Positions 22,801-33,658 of a stretch of DNA of 64,000 nt are shown piece after piece. Under the pieces are notes generated by a model, which made no database searches, was not told where the DNA came from, and saw only the letters and a program-made list of their open reading frames with translations. The position numbers and the translations under genes were made by a program. How positions within the stretch are numbered: the first letter of the stretch is position 1; the number at the start of each line of letters is the position of its first letter. Source of the DNA: Macrostomum lignano. Its lineage: Eukaryota. The DNA lies in NCBI GenBank assembly GCA_002269645.1, contig NIVC01000647.1:310001-374000 (forward strand), written 5' to 3'.

Positions 22801-25279
22801 TCGACCAGGTCGGCAGGGGCGCTAACTTTGTCTGCCTGAAGAGCGTCATCCGGCTGGGCAGGTGGGCCATCGAGGAGCCTCCAATTAATGTTGCGTTGAC
22901 TGATGCTTTGCCTAATTTGGGGGAATCCTAATTTTAGGGGAATCTTAATTTTAGGGGAATCCTAATTTTAGGGGAATCCTAATTTTAGGGGAAATCCTTA
23001 TTTAGGGGGAATCCTGATTTTAGGGGAATCCTAATTTTAGCGGGAATCCTCATTTAAGGGGAATCCTAATTTTAGAGGAATCCTAATTTTAGGGGAATCC
23101 TAATTTTAGGGGAAATCCTTATTTAGGGGGAATCCTGATTTTAGGGGAATCCTAATTTTAGCGGGAATCCTCATTTAAGGGGAATCCTAATTTTAGGGGA
23201 ATCCTAATTTTAGGGGAATCCTAATTTTAGGGGAATCCTGAGTTTAGGGAATCCTAATTTTAGGGGGAATCCTGATTTTAGGGGAATCCTGATTTTAGCG
23301 AGAATCCTCATTTAAGGGGAATCCTAATTTTAGGGGAATCCTAATTTTAGGGGAATCCTAATTTTAGGGGAATCCTAATTTTAGGGGAATCCTAATTTTA
23401 GGGGAATCCTAATTTTAGGGGAATCCTGATTTTAGGGGAATCCTAATTTTAGGGGAATTCTAATTTTAGGGGATTCCTGATTTTAAATGAATCCTCACTT
23501 TAGGGGAATCCTATTGCACTGGGAAATCCCAAAGCCAAGGGAAAATCCCACTACTCTTGGAAAACATCTCCCAAAACAGGAGAATCTGATTATACTGTTT
23601 ACTTTTGAATCCTAACGCGAAGAGGAACCCAGTAATACCGGGGGAATCCTAACTCAATGGGAAATCCCTTTTTTCTGGAGAATTCCAAACCGAAACGAAA
23701 TCCCGCTGCAGGGGAATCCTAGCCTAAAGGGGAATCTCATTACTAATTATATTGGGGAATCCAAAAGAAATCATGACACTCAGTTCGAAGAAAATCCCGA
23801 AAATTCCCAATCCCAGCATCGTGAGCTGCTCCCCGATCCTCGAGGAGCTGGACCTCTGGGGCAACGACATCGGCGATGTGGGCGGCCGGCTGGTGTTTGA
23901 GTTCCTTCAGGCACGCAAAGAAGGTGAGTGACCTTTGTTCTGAGTGAGTCAGTATTGAGAGTCAGTGTCGAAAATAACTATGGAGTCAGACAGAAAGTCA
24001 GAGGTTGTGTACGGCTGTGTCAGGGATGGTTATACAGTCAGAAAGGTAGTCAGGCTGAAGGAGAGAGTCAGACAGAGAAAGTCAGACAGAGAGAGTCAAA
24101 CAGAGTCAGAGAGTCAGACATAGTCAGAGAGTCAGACAGAGTCAGAGAGTCAGACAGAGAGAGTCAGACAGAGTCAAAGAGTCAGACAGAGAGAGTCAGA
24201 GAGTCAGACAGAGAGAGTCAGATAGAGAGAGTCAGATAGAGAGAGTCAGACAGAAAGTAAGACGGAGAGAGTCAGACAGAGAGTCAGATTGAGACAGAGA
24301 GAGTCAGACAGCTAGAGTCAGAGAGTCAGAGAGGGTATTTAAATTATTTTAAAAGAAATAAAAAAATTTTTTTGCAACAAAACGTTTTTTATAAACTAAT
24401 TTCTCAGACAGAGAGTCAGACAGAGAGAGTCAGACGGAGAGAGTCAGACAGAGAGAGTCAGACAGAGAGAGTCAGACAGAGAGAGTCAGACAGAGAGTCA
24501 GACGGAGAGAGTCAGACAGCGAGAGTCAGAGAGTCAGACAGAGAGAGTCAGAGAGTCAGACAGAGAGAGTCAGAGAGTCAGACAGAGAGAGTCAGATAGT
24601 CAGACAGAGATAGTCAGAGAGTCAGACAGAGAGAGTCAGAGAGTCAGAGAGGGTATTTAAATTATTTTAAAAAAAAATAAAAAAATTTTTTTGCAACAAA
24701 ACGTTTTTTATAAACTAATTTCTCAGACAGAGAGAGTCAGACAGAGAGAGTCAGACGGAGAGAGTCAGACAGAGAGAGTCAGACAGAGAGAGTCAGACAG
24801 AGAGAGTCAGACAGAGAGTCAGACGGAGAGAGTCAGACAGCGAGAGTCAGAGAGTCAGACAGAGAGAGTCAGAGAGTCAGACAGAGAGAGTCAGAGAGTC
24901 AGACAGAGAGAGTCAGACAGAGAGAGTCAGAGAGTCAGACAGAGAATGTCAGAGAGTCAGACAGAGAGAGTCAGAGAGTCAGACAGAGAGAGTCAGACAG
25001 AGAGAGTCAGAGAGTCAGACAGAGAGAGTCAGACAGAGAGAGTCAGAGAGTCAGACAGAGAGTTAGACAGAGGGAGTCAGACAGAGAGTCAGACAGAGAG
25101 AGTCAGAGAGTCAGACAGAGTCAGACCAGCCCTCAAAATCGCCTGCAGCCAAGCTGTCCTCCATGTCGCTGCGCGTCGGTCCCCGCATGAACTCCGAGAC
25201 CTTCGCCAATATCCAGAAGCTGGGCTCCGGCATCAAGAAGAGAAAGCGAGGCAAGCGGGGTCGCAAAAAGAAGAAGTGA
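17762..25279 (+). CDS. Ribonuclease-inhibitor-type leucine-rich-repeat protein with several Lys/Arg/Gly-rich tracts, ~510 aa, 11 exons; divergent from the filamin
   Basis: Exons: 17762-17833, 18299-18442, 19130-19489, 19972-20114, 20193-20333, 20880-21028, 22044-22172, 22268-22288 (putative micro-exon), 22726-22861, 23817-23923, 25149-25279. GT-AG and phase-consistent, total 1533 nt. LRR motifs LTKVELMDC, LTEIVLDFNEFSDDGCKELCRGL, LKTLSLCYC, DLFLDGNELEAEG, RKLHLADNGI, LEELDLWGNDIGDVG. Ends GIKKRKRGKRGRKKKK*. Confidence 0.8.
18500..19065. repeat. Degenerate GAGAT/GAGTCA purine-rich repeat, LRR intron 2
   Basis: Direct reading. Confidence 0.8.
19505..19950. repeat. (GACA)n microsatellite filling LRR intron 3
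   Basis: Direct reading. Confidence 0.95.
20455..20845. repeat. C-rich degenerate ~15-bp repeat (AATCAACCCCACCCC), LRR intron 5
   Basis: Direct reading; it is the reverse complement of the intron-6 array. Confidence 0.85.
21032..21625. repeat. G-rich 15-16-bp repeat (GGGGTGGGGTTGATT), LRR intron 6
   Basis: Direct reading; many G4+ runs. Confidence 0.95.
22915..23520. repeat. 17-bp minisatellite (GGGGAATCCTAATTTTA), LRR intron 9
   Basis: Direct reading; it decays into related variants to ~23800. Confidence 0.95.
23940..25125. repeat. (GAGAGTCAGACA)-type repeat in LRR intron 10, with a duplicated AT-rich spacer
   Basis: Spacer GGGTATTTAAATTATTTT...TTTCTCAG occurs at ~24333 and ~24651. Confidence 0.9.
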
Positions 25280-25384
25280 AGCTGCTATGCCGCTGAAATC
25301 GCTAAATATTAAATTACCTTAATGCTATTTAAATATATTAAATGCTCTTATGCTCTACTTTGCATTCACTCCTGCTTCAATATT

Positions 25385-25818
25385 CCACACCCCTCAGTCC
25401 CCACCCCTCAGTCCCCACCCCTCACTCCCGACCCCTCACTCCCGACCCCTCACTCCCCACCCCTCACTCCCGACCCCTCACTCCCCACCCCTCAGTCCCC
25501 ACCCCTCACTCCCACCCCTCACTCCCCACCCCTCACTCCCCAACCCTCACTCCCCACCCCTCACTCCCCAACCTTCACTCCCCACCCCTCACTCCCCAAC
25601 CCTCACTCCCCACCCCTCACTCCCCAACCTTCACTCCCCACCCCTCACTCCCCAACCCTCACTCCCCACCCCTCACTCCCCAACCGTCACTCCCCACCCC
25701 TCACTCCCCACCCTACGCTCCCCACCCCTCAGTCCCTAACCCTCACTCCCCACCCTACGCTCCCCACCCCTCAGTCCCTACCCCTCACTCCCCACCCTAC
25801 GCTCCCCACCCCCCAGTC
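25385..25818. repeat. C-rich ~14-bp repeat (CCTCACTCCCCACC) downstream of the LRR stop
   Basis: Direct reading. Confidence 0.9.
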
Positions 25819-26294
25819 CTACTCCATGCCAAATGTTCATGTAAGCAAATTATAACAGCACATGTTCAATTGCATAGTAATATTGCACGCAGCCAAAATT
25901 ACTTGTCTATTATTATAAACTTACGAATAAATACAAACAAACACTGTAATATTTCTGTTTTATTGATTTATTATCAAAAGCAGTCCATCGATATGGCTAG
26001 CAAGCATTGCTCCAGACTTCAAACCTTACCTTGTCAGTGCTCAGTGCCGCCCTTCTGAAAAATCTATTTCAAAGACAAGATAGCCAATGAGAAACACAAC
26101 ACAATCTAAAGCAATAAAACTGGAGCAACAGAGTCCTAGATTAAACCGAACTTCAGATAAAAGAAGAGACGATTTGCTCCACACTGTGCATACCAGTAGC
26201 AGGCCGTAACTTCCCGGCTGCATGCAAAAAATGGTGTGCTCTCTCACTGAGTGACTTCTGTCGGAGAATATTAATTTCTTCTTTTTTTGTAACC

Positions 26295-28315
26295 ATGAAA
26301 GATCAGGTGAGTTGGTTGCTTTCTTATTGATGCCTTTCTATGAGGGAGAGGTTGGAGTTGCTGCTGAGAGTCACTGAGATGAGAGGTTGAGTCACTGAGA
26401 TGTGATGTTCAGTCACTGAGATGAGAGGTTGAGTCAATGAGATATGAGGTTGAGTCACTGAGATGAGAGGTTGAGTCACTGAGATGCGAGGTTGAGTCAC
26501 TGAGATGTGAGGTTCAGTCACTGAGATGAGAGGTTCAGTCACTGAGATGAGAGGTTGAGTCACTGAGATGTGAGGTTCAGTCACTGAGATGTGAGGTTCA
26601 GTCACTGAGATGAGAGGTTCAGTCACTGAGATGAGAGGTTGAGTCACTGAGATGAGAGGTTGAGTCACTGAGATGAGAGGTTGAGTAACTGAGATGAGAG
26701 GTTGAGTAACTGAGATGAGAGGTTGAGTAACTGAGATGAGAGGTTGAGTCACTGAGATGTGAGGTTGAGTCACTGAGATGAGAGGTTGAGTCACTGAGAT
26801 GTGAGGTTGAGTCACTGAGATGAGAGGTTGAGTCACTGAGATGAGAGGTTGAGTCACTGAGATGTGAGGTTGAGTCACTGAGATGTGAGGTTGAGTCACT
26901 GAGATGTGAGGTTGAGTCACTGAGATGTGAGGTTGAGTCACTGAGATGTGAGGTTCAGTCACTGAGATGTGAGGTTGAGTCACTGAGATGTGAGGTTCAG
27001 TCACTGAGATGAGAGGTTGAGTCACTGAGATGAGAGGTTGAGTTACTGAGATGAGAGGTTGAGTCACTGAGATGTGAGGTTGAGTCACTGAGATGCCAGG
27101 TTGAGTCACTGAGATGAGGTTGACTCACTGAGGGGTCAGGATGAGGCACTGAGATCTCAGGATAGAGTCACTGAAAGGTCATAATAGATTCACTGAGTGT
27201 CAGGATAGAGTCACAGATCTCAGACGAGAGTCAGTGAGGGCCAGGACAGTTCTGACGGCAATTCCCGCCCCCCGTGACAGGGCCAGTCGAAAAAGTGCCT
27301 GTCAATATTGGTGCTGCTGCTGCTGCTGGCCACGGGGCTGCTTATCTACCACCTGCACCCGGGGGATGGCCGCTCCGGCGTGCTCGTGTGCAAGGAGAAG
27401 CCTTCAACTACTCTGAACCAATCGCTGAGATCCATTCGAGATCAACTTGAATACAACCGATTTCTTGTAGAGGAATCTCGCGACGCGGTGTACAAGGACG
27501 TTTGCGACGGATCTTTGATCACACGCCTGGACGGGCTCGTGTGCCCGGTCACTGCCGTTGTTGAAGCCAGGCCTGATGAACTGCCTGCCGCTCAGGTTCA
27601 GCTAAACTGCCTGTGCAGTCGGGTTGATGATAGGCTAAACTCGATTGCTGGAGTGTGCGAGCAGGTGAGCACATTCATTGCTGACTGCTCACTGACTGCT
27701 CACTGACTGCCCACTGACTACTCACTGACTGATCACTGTCTGATCACTGACTGCTCACTGACTGCTCACTGACTGCCCACTGACTACTCACTGACTGATC
27801 ACTGTCTGATCACTGACTGCTCACTGACTGCTCACTGACTGCTCACTGACTGCTCACTGACTGCTCACTGACTGATCACTGTCTGATCACTGACTGCTCA
27901 CTGACTGATCACTGACTGCTCACTGACTGCTCACTGTCTGATCACTGACTGCTCACTGACTGCTCACTGACTGCTCACTGACTGCTCACTGACTGATCAC
28001 TGTCTGATCACTGTCTGATCACTGAGTGCTCACTGACTGCTCACTGATCACTGACTGCTCACTGACTGCTCACTGACTGCTCACTGACTGCTCACTGACT
28101 GATCACTGTCTGATCACTGTCTGATCACTGAGTGCTCACTGACTGCTCACTGACTGCTCACTCCCTACCAGATAACTCAGCCAGTATCTGTGATTCGCAT
28201 TCGCAAAGACTACAACGTGCAGGACAGTCTGTGCCCTGAAGGAGCCGAGAGCTTCTGGGGTGAATGGGTTGAGATCCGGGTCAACAAGAGCTGCTCATTC
28301 AGGACGATCAGTTAA
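26295..28315 (+). CDS. Small secreted Cys-rich protein, IL-17-like cystine-knot candidate, 179 aa, 3 exons
   Basis: Exons 26295-26306 (MKDQ|gtgagt), 27281-27664, 28172-28315, all phase 0, 540 nt. Hydrophobic signal-like CLSILVLLLLATGLLIY. Cys scaffold VCKEKP..VCDG..VCP..ELP..CLC..VCEQITQPVSVIR..LCPEG..RVNKSCSF. The gene model is well supported; the family assignment is by pattern only. Confidence 0.65.
26370..27135. repeat. 21-bp minisatellite (GAGTCACTGAGATGAGAGGTT), intron 1 of the secreted-protein gene
   Basis: Direct reading, ~36 copies. Confidence 0.95.
27682..28162. repeat. 11-bp repeat (CACTGACTGCT / CACTGACTGAT), intron 2 of the secreted-protein gene
   Basis: Direct reading. Confidence 0.95.
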
Positions 28316-28554
28316 GCGACTTCAGATAGTTCCATGATCTTGGCGATTGCAACATTAGAACTTTTATCATATTTGACTTTGAAATTAAAACAAAATTGAC
28401 TCGTTCATTTTTTTTCTTAAACGATTTTTTAGGATTTTTATTGCTGCAAAGAACTGCTTCGGTGATTCGAAAAAAAACTGAAATATAAAATAGCATCTCG
28501 AGGCATCTAGAACTAACGCTTTTTCTTTGCTGAAAGAAGAGAGGAAGAAAAGAA

Positions 28555-29430
28555 TGGAGTGGGGCCGAGGGGAGTGGGCAGAGGGGAGTGGGGCAGAGGG
28601 GAGTGGGGCAGAGGGGAGTGGGGCAGAGGGGGGAGGGGCAGAGGGGAGTGGGGCAGAGTGGGGAGGGGCAGAGGGGAGTGGGGCCGAGGGAGTGGGGCAG
28701 AGGGGATTGGGGCAGAGGGGAGTGGGGCAGAGGGGAGAGGGGCAGAGAAGAGTGGGGCAGAGGGGAGTGGGGCAGAGGGGAGTGGGGCAGAGGGGAGTGG
28801 GGCAGAGGGGAGTGGGGCAGAGGGGAGTGGGGCAGAGGGGAGTGGGGCAGAGGGGAGTGGGGCAGAGGGGAATGGGGCAGAGGGGGGAGGGCAGAGGGAG
28901 TGGGGCAGAGTGGGGAGGGGCAGAGGGAGTGGGGCCGAGGGGAGTGGGGCAGAGGGGATTGGGGCAGAGGGGAGTGGGGCAGAGGGGAGAGGGGCAGAGA
29001 AGAGTAGGGCAGAGGGGAGTGGGGCAGAGGGAGTGGGGCAGAGGGGAGTGGGGCAGGGGGAGTGGGGCAGAGGGGAGTGGGGCAGAGGGAGTGGGCAGAG
29101 GGAGTGGGGCAGAGGGGAGTGGGGCAGAGGGGAGTGGGGCAGAGGGGTGTGGGGCAGAGGGGAGTGGGGCAGAGGGAGTGGGGCAGAGGGAGTGTGGCAG
29201 AGGGGTGTGGGGCAGAGGGCAGAGGGGCAGAGGTGAGTGGGGCAGAGGATGGTGGGGCAGAGGGGGGTGGGGCAGAGGGGAGTGGGCAGAGGGGAGTGGG
29301 GCAGAGGAGCAGTGGGGCAGAGGGGAGTGGGGCAGAGGGGAGTGGGGCAGAGGGGAGTGGGCAGAGGAGCAGAGGGGCAGAGGTGAGTGGGGCAGAGGGG
29401 GTCGGGGCAGAGGGGAGTGGGGCAGCAGAG
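28555..29430. repeat. G-rich 15-bp repeat (GGGGCAGAGGGGAGT), intergenic
   Basis: Direct reading. Confidence 0.95.
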
Positions 29431-30257
29431 CAGAGATGGAGAGAGATGAAGGAAGATTATACGCTCGTAGATGTACAGTGTGGTCAAAGAGATTAAAGAA
29501 GGCCAGAAGGAAGTGAAGAGAGTGAAAAAGGATTCAAGAGTTCGTCAACAATCAGCATTTCCTTCACCTTTCCAAGGTCATTCAAATCTTGCACTAAAAG
29601 GCCTTCTTTGGCTAAATTTTAAAATAGAAAAAGAGGACTTTATTCTGCTTTTAATATAAGGACAGGCTTTGGGTAACTTCACTGTGACTGCACTGGGAGC
29701 CACTTGAACCTGTCTGTCACAGGGATTGCATGGGCAGCCGTTTGAGGCTCTTTCTGTACTCAAAAGGCGTGGGAACTGGGCCAGCCGTCTGAATGCCTTA
29801 ACCACTACGTGCTGCAGGCTCTCATTCGTATCATTCTTACCGATTGGGAGGAATGTGAGAGAGACAAAATAGAGATGAGAGGGGAGATGAGAGGGGAGAT
29901 GAGAGCGGAGATGAGAGGGGAGAGGAGAAAGGAGATGGGAAGGAGATAAGAGAGGAGATAAGAGGGGAGTTGACAGGGAATATGAGAGAGAAGAGAAGGC
30001 AGTGAAAGAAAAGTAGAATAGATGAAGCAAAGCAAAAAAGCAGCAAGAAACAGAGGCAAAAAGTAAAAGACAGGAAGGTCCAGTTTAATGCTCAAAGCTG
30101 GGGTCAAGAGTTCACATCCCCGTGAATGTGAGTAATTACATTTACAATCGAAATACAAAATCTGCAGAAAACGTTCTGAAAGCAAGAGGAAAGCAGACAG
30201 AAAGGCACAAGAGAGTGTTTGGTTTTGAACTCAAAGCAATATTGTGCAGGGGTGTGG

Positions 30258-33200
30258 TCAAGCCAGTTTGGCCTTGTTCATGCTGCGCATCAGCTCAAGG
30301 ATGCTGCCCGATGGTCCGCTGTCCGACTCTGCTAGGCTGGCGCCTCGGGACCAGGCAGACTGCATGAACTCCGCGGCTGAGGACCGCTCAACCTGCGTGA
30401 GGATGGGGAGAACTGCTTCTGAGCTGGGCAACATCTCCGCCCCTTAGATCTCCACCCCTTAGATCTCCGCCCCTTAGATCTCCGCCCCTTAGATCTCTGC
30501 CCCTTAGATCTCCGCCCCTTAGATCTCCGCCCCTTAGATTTCTGCCCTTAGATCTCCGCCCCTTAGATCTCCGCCCCTTAGATCTCCGCCCCTTAGATCT
30601 CCACCCCTTAGATCTCCACCCCTTAGATCTCCGCCCCTTAGATCTCCGCCCCTTAGATCTCCGCCCTTAGATCTCCGCCCCTTAGATCTCCGCCCCTTAG
30701 ATTTCTGCCCTTAGATCTCCGCCCCTTAGATCTCCGCCCCTTAGATCTCCGCCCCTTAGATCTCCACCCCTTAGATCTCCACCCCTTAGATCTCCGCCCC
30801 TTAGATCTCCGCCCCTTAGATCTCCGCCCCTTAGATCTCCGCCCCTTAGATCTCCGCCCCTTAGATCTCCGCCCCTTAGATCTCCGCCCCTTAGGTCTCC
30901 GCCCCTTAGATCTCCGCTTCTTAGATCTCCGCCCCTTAGATCTCCGCCCCTTAGGTCTCCGCCCTTAGATCTCCGCTTCTTAGATCTCCGCCCCTTAGAT
31001 CTCCGCCCCTTAGGTCTCCGCCCCTTAGATTTCTGCCCTTAGATCTTTGCGCTTAGATTTCTGCCCTTAGATCTCCGCTTCTTAGATCTCCGCCCCTTAG
31101 ATCTCCGCCCCTTAGATCTCCGCCCCTTAGATCTCCGCCCCTTAGATCTCCGCCCGTTAGGTCTCCGCCCCTTAGATCTCCGCCCGTTAGGTCTCCGCCC
31201 CTTAGATCTCCGCCCCTTAGGTCTCCGCCCCTTAGATTTCTGCCCTTAGATCTTTGCGCTTAGATTTCTGCCCTTAGATCTCTGTCCCTTAGATTTCTGC
31301 CTTTAGATCTCTGTCCCTTAGATTTCTGCCTTTAGATCTCTGTCCCTTAGATTTCTGCCTTTAGATCTCTGTCCCTTAGATTTCTCCCCTTAGATCTCCG
31401 CCCCTTAGATCTCCGCCCCTTAGATCTCCGCCCCTTAGGTCTCCGCCCCTTAGATCTCCGCTTCTTAGATCTCCGCCCCTTAGATCTCCGCCCCTTAGGT
31501 CTCCGCCCCTTAGATCTCCGCTTCTTAGATCTCCGCCCCTTAGATCTCCGCCCCTTAGGTCTCCGCCCCTTAGATTTCTGCCCTTAGATCTTTGCGCTTA
31601 GATTTCTGCCCTTAGATCTCCGCTTCTTAGATCTCCGCCCCTTAGATCTCCGCCCCTTAGATCTCCGCCCCTTAGATCTCCGCCCCTTAGATCTCCGCCC
31701 CTTAGATCTCCGCCCGTTAGGTCTCCGCCCCTTAGATCTCCGCCCGTTAGGTCTCCGCCCCTTAGATCTCCGCCCCTTAGGTCTCCGCCCCTTAGATTTC
31801 TGCCCTTAGATCTTTGCGCTTAGATTTCTGCCCTTAGATCTCTGTCCCTTAGATTTCTGCCTTTAGATCTCCGCTTCTTAGATTTCTGCCCTTAGATCTC
31901 CGCCCCTTAGATCTCCGCCCCTTAGATCTCCGCCCCTTAGATCTCCGCCCCTTAGATCTCCGCCCGTTAGGTCTCCGCCCCTTAGATTTCTGCCCTTAGA
32001 TCTCCGCTTCTTAGATCTCCGCCCCTTAGATCTCCGCCCCTTAGATCTCCGCCCCTTAGATCTCCGCCCCTTAGATCTCCGCCCCTTAGATCTCCGCCCC
32101 TTAGGTCTCCGCCCCTTAGATCTCCGCTTCTTAGATCTCCGCCCCTTAGATCTCCGCCCCTTAGATCTCCGCCCCTTAGATCTCCGCTTCTTAGATCTCC
32201 GCCCCTTAGATCTCTGTCCCTTAGATTTCTGACCTTAGATCTCTGTCCCTTAGATTTCTGCCTTTAGATCTCTGTCCCTTAGATTTCTGCCTTTAGATCT
32301 CTGTCCCTTAGATTTCTGCCTTTAGATCTCTGTCCCTTAGATTTCTGCCTTTAGATCTCTGTCCCTTAGATTTCTGCCTTTAGATCTCTGTCCCTTAGAT
32401 TTCTGACCTTAGATCTCTGTCCCTTAGATCCCCCCACCTAGATCCCAGACTCATCTCCTTCTCAAATCCCAGACTCAGCTCCATCTCAGATCCCAGACTC
32501 AGCTCCATCTCAGATCCCAGACTCAGCTCCATCTCAGATCCCAGACTCAGCTCCATCTCAGATCCCAGCCCACCTGGCAGGGCCTCAGCAGGCGATCCAG
32601 ACAGTCGCGGCACTCCCTGCTAAGCTGTCCGCAGACTCCGCAGTCGGCGCAGGCCTCTGCATAATTGAAGCATCGAATGGCCTCAGTCAGGTCATCCGCC
32701 TCATCGTAGGGGCAGCGGCCGTGGAGCATGCAGTAGGCTATGATGCCCAGTGCCCACACATCGCACTTGTAGTTGTAACTGCTGCCGCTGACAATCTCGG
32801 GTGCCTGGTAGACTGGGGTGCCGACATTGTCCACCAGGGAGTGCTCGAGGCAGCGCAGTTCGATGGACAAGCCAAAGTCTGTCAGCTTGACGTCGAACGG
32901 GCAGGAGGCTGAAATGTCGTCTTCTGCGAGGCTGTGATGGCTGCGAACTCGTCTGGCCTGCTGCGGCTGCTGCTTCTGGGAGCAGCGGGCTTTTAGTAGG
33001 CAGTTTTGCAGCTTCAGATCTCTGTGAACGATGCGACTCTTGTGTAGGAAGCTGAGCGCACTGCCCACCTGATGGGGTTGGAATGGGATCAGAGTACATG
33101 ATGGGATCAGAGTACATGATGGGATCAGAGTACAGGATGGGATCAGAGTACATGATGGGATCAGAGTACAGGATCAGAGTACAGGATCAGAGTACAGGAT

Positions 33201-33537
33201 CAGAGTACAGGATCAGAGTACAGGAAGGGATTACAGCATTCGCACCTGTCTAAGCAGGCACCTGGCATCGGCCTCCTGAAACTGCCGTTTTCTGTTCAGC
33301 TCATCCGCCAGGGTGCCGGCGTCGCAGAGCTCCATGAACAGGTAGCAGTTGCTCTCGGACTCAAAGATGATCTCCAGCTGCACGATGTTGGCGTGCTGGA
33401 AGCGTCTGAGCACCCGAATCTCATTCTCCCAGGATTTTCCGTAGGTCGACTTTGTGTCCTTGTTCTTGGCGAGCTGCGGGACAGGGGCAGTGAGCTGTCT
33501 GTCTGTGTCTGTCTGTCTCTGTCTGTCTGTCTGTCTA

Positions 33538-33574
<37 letters not shown>

Positions 33575-33623
33575 GTGTCTGTCTGTCTGTGTGTCTGTCT
33601 GTCTGTGTGTCTGTCTGTCTGTG

Positions 33624-33658
<35 letters not shown>

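Noticed and set aside
24691-25296. ORF-track frame ending EEVKLLCR as the last LRR exon
   Set aside because: The acceptor at 25148 gives a phase-consistent frame ending in the Lys-rich tail, matching the protein's other basic tracts; the alternative starts within repeat sequence.
28513-29516. ~330-aa Gly-rich or Pro-rich ORFs resembling collagen or extensin
   Set aside because: Period is 5 aa from a 15-bp unit, not Gly-X-Y; all frames are open because the unit lacks stops.
29460-29830. Non-repetitive island between purine-rich tracts as an extra exon
   Set aside because: No convincing ORF or phase-compatible link to neighbouring genes; more likely kinase 3' UTR or intergenic.
32960-33040. 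Kinase as a pseudokinase because of HRDLKLQN
   Set aside because: The catalytic Lys, HRD Asp, Asn, DFG and APE are all intact; the E-to-Q change is at a non-essential position.
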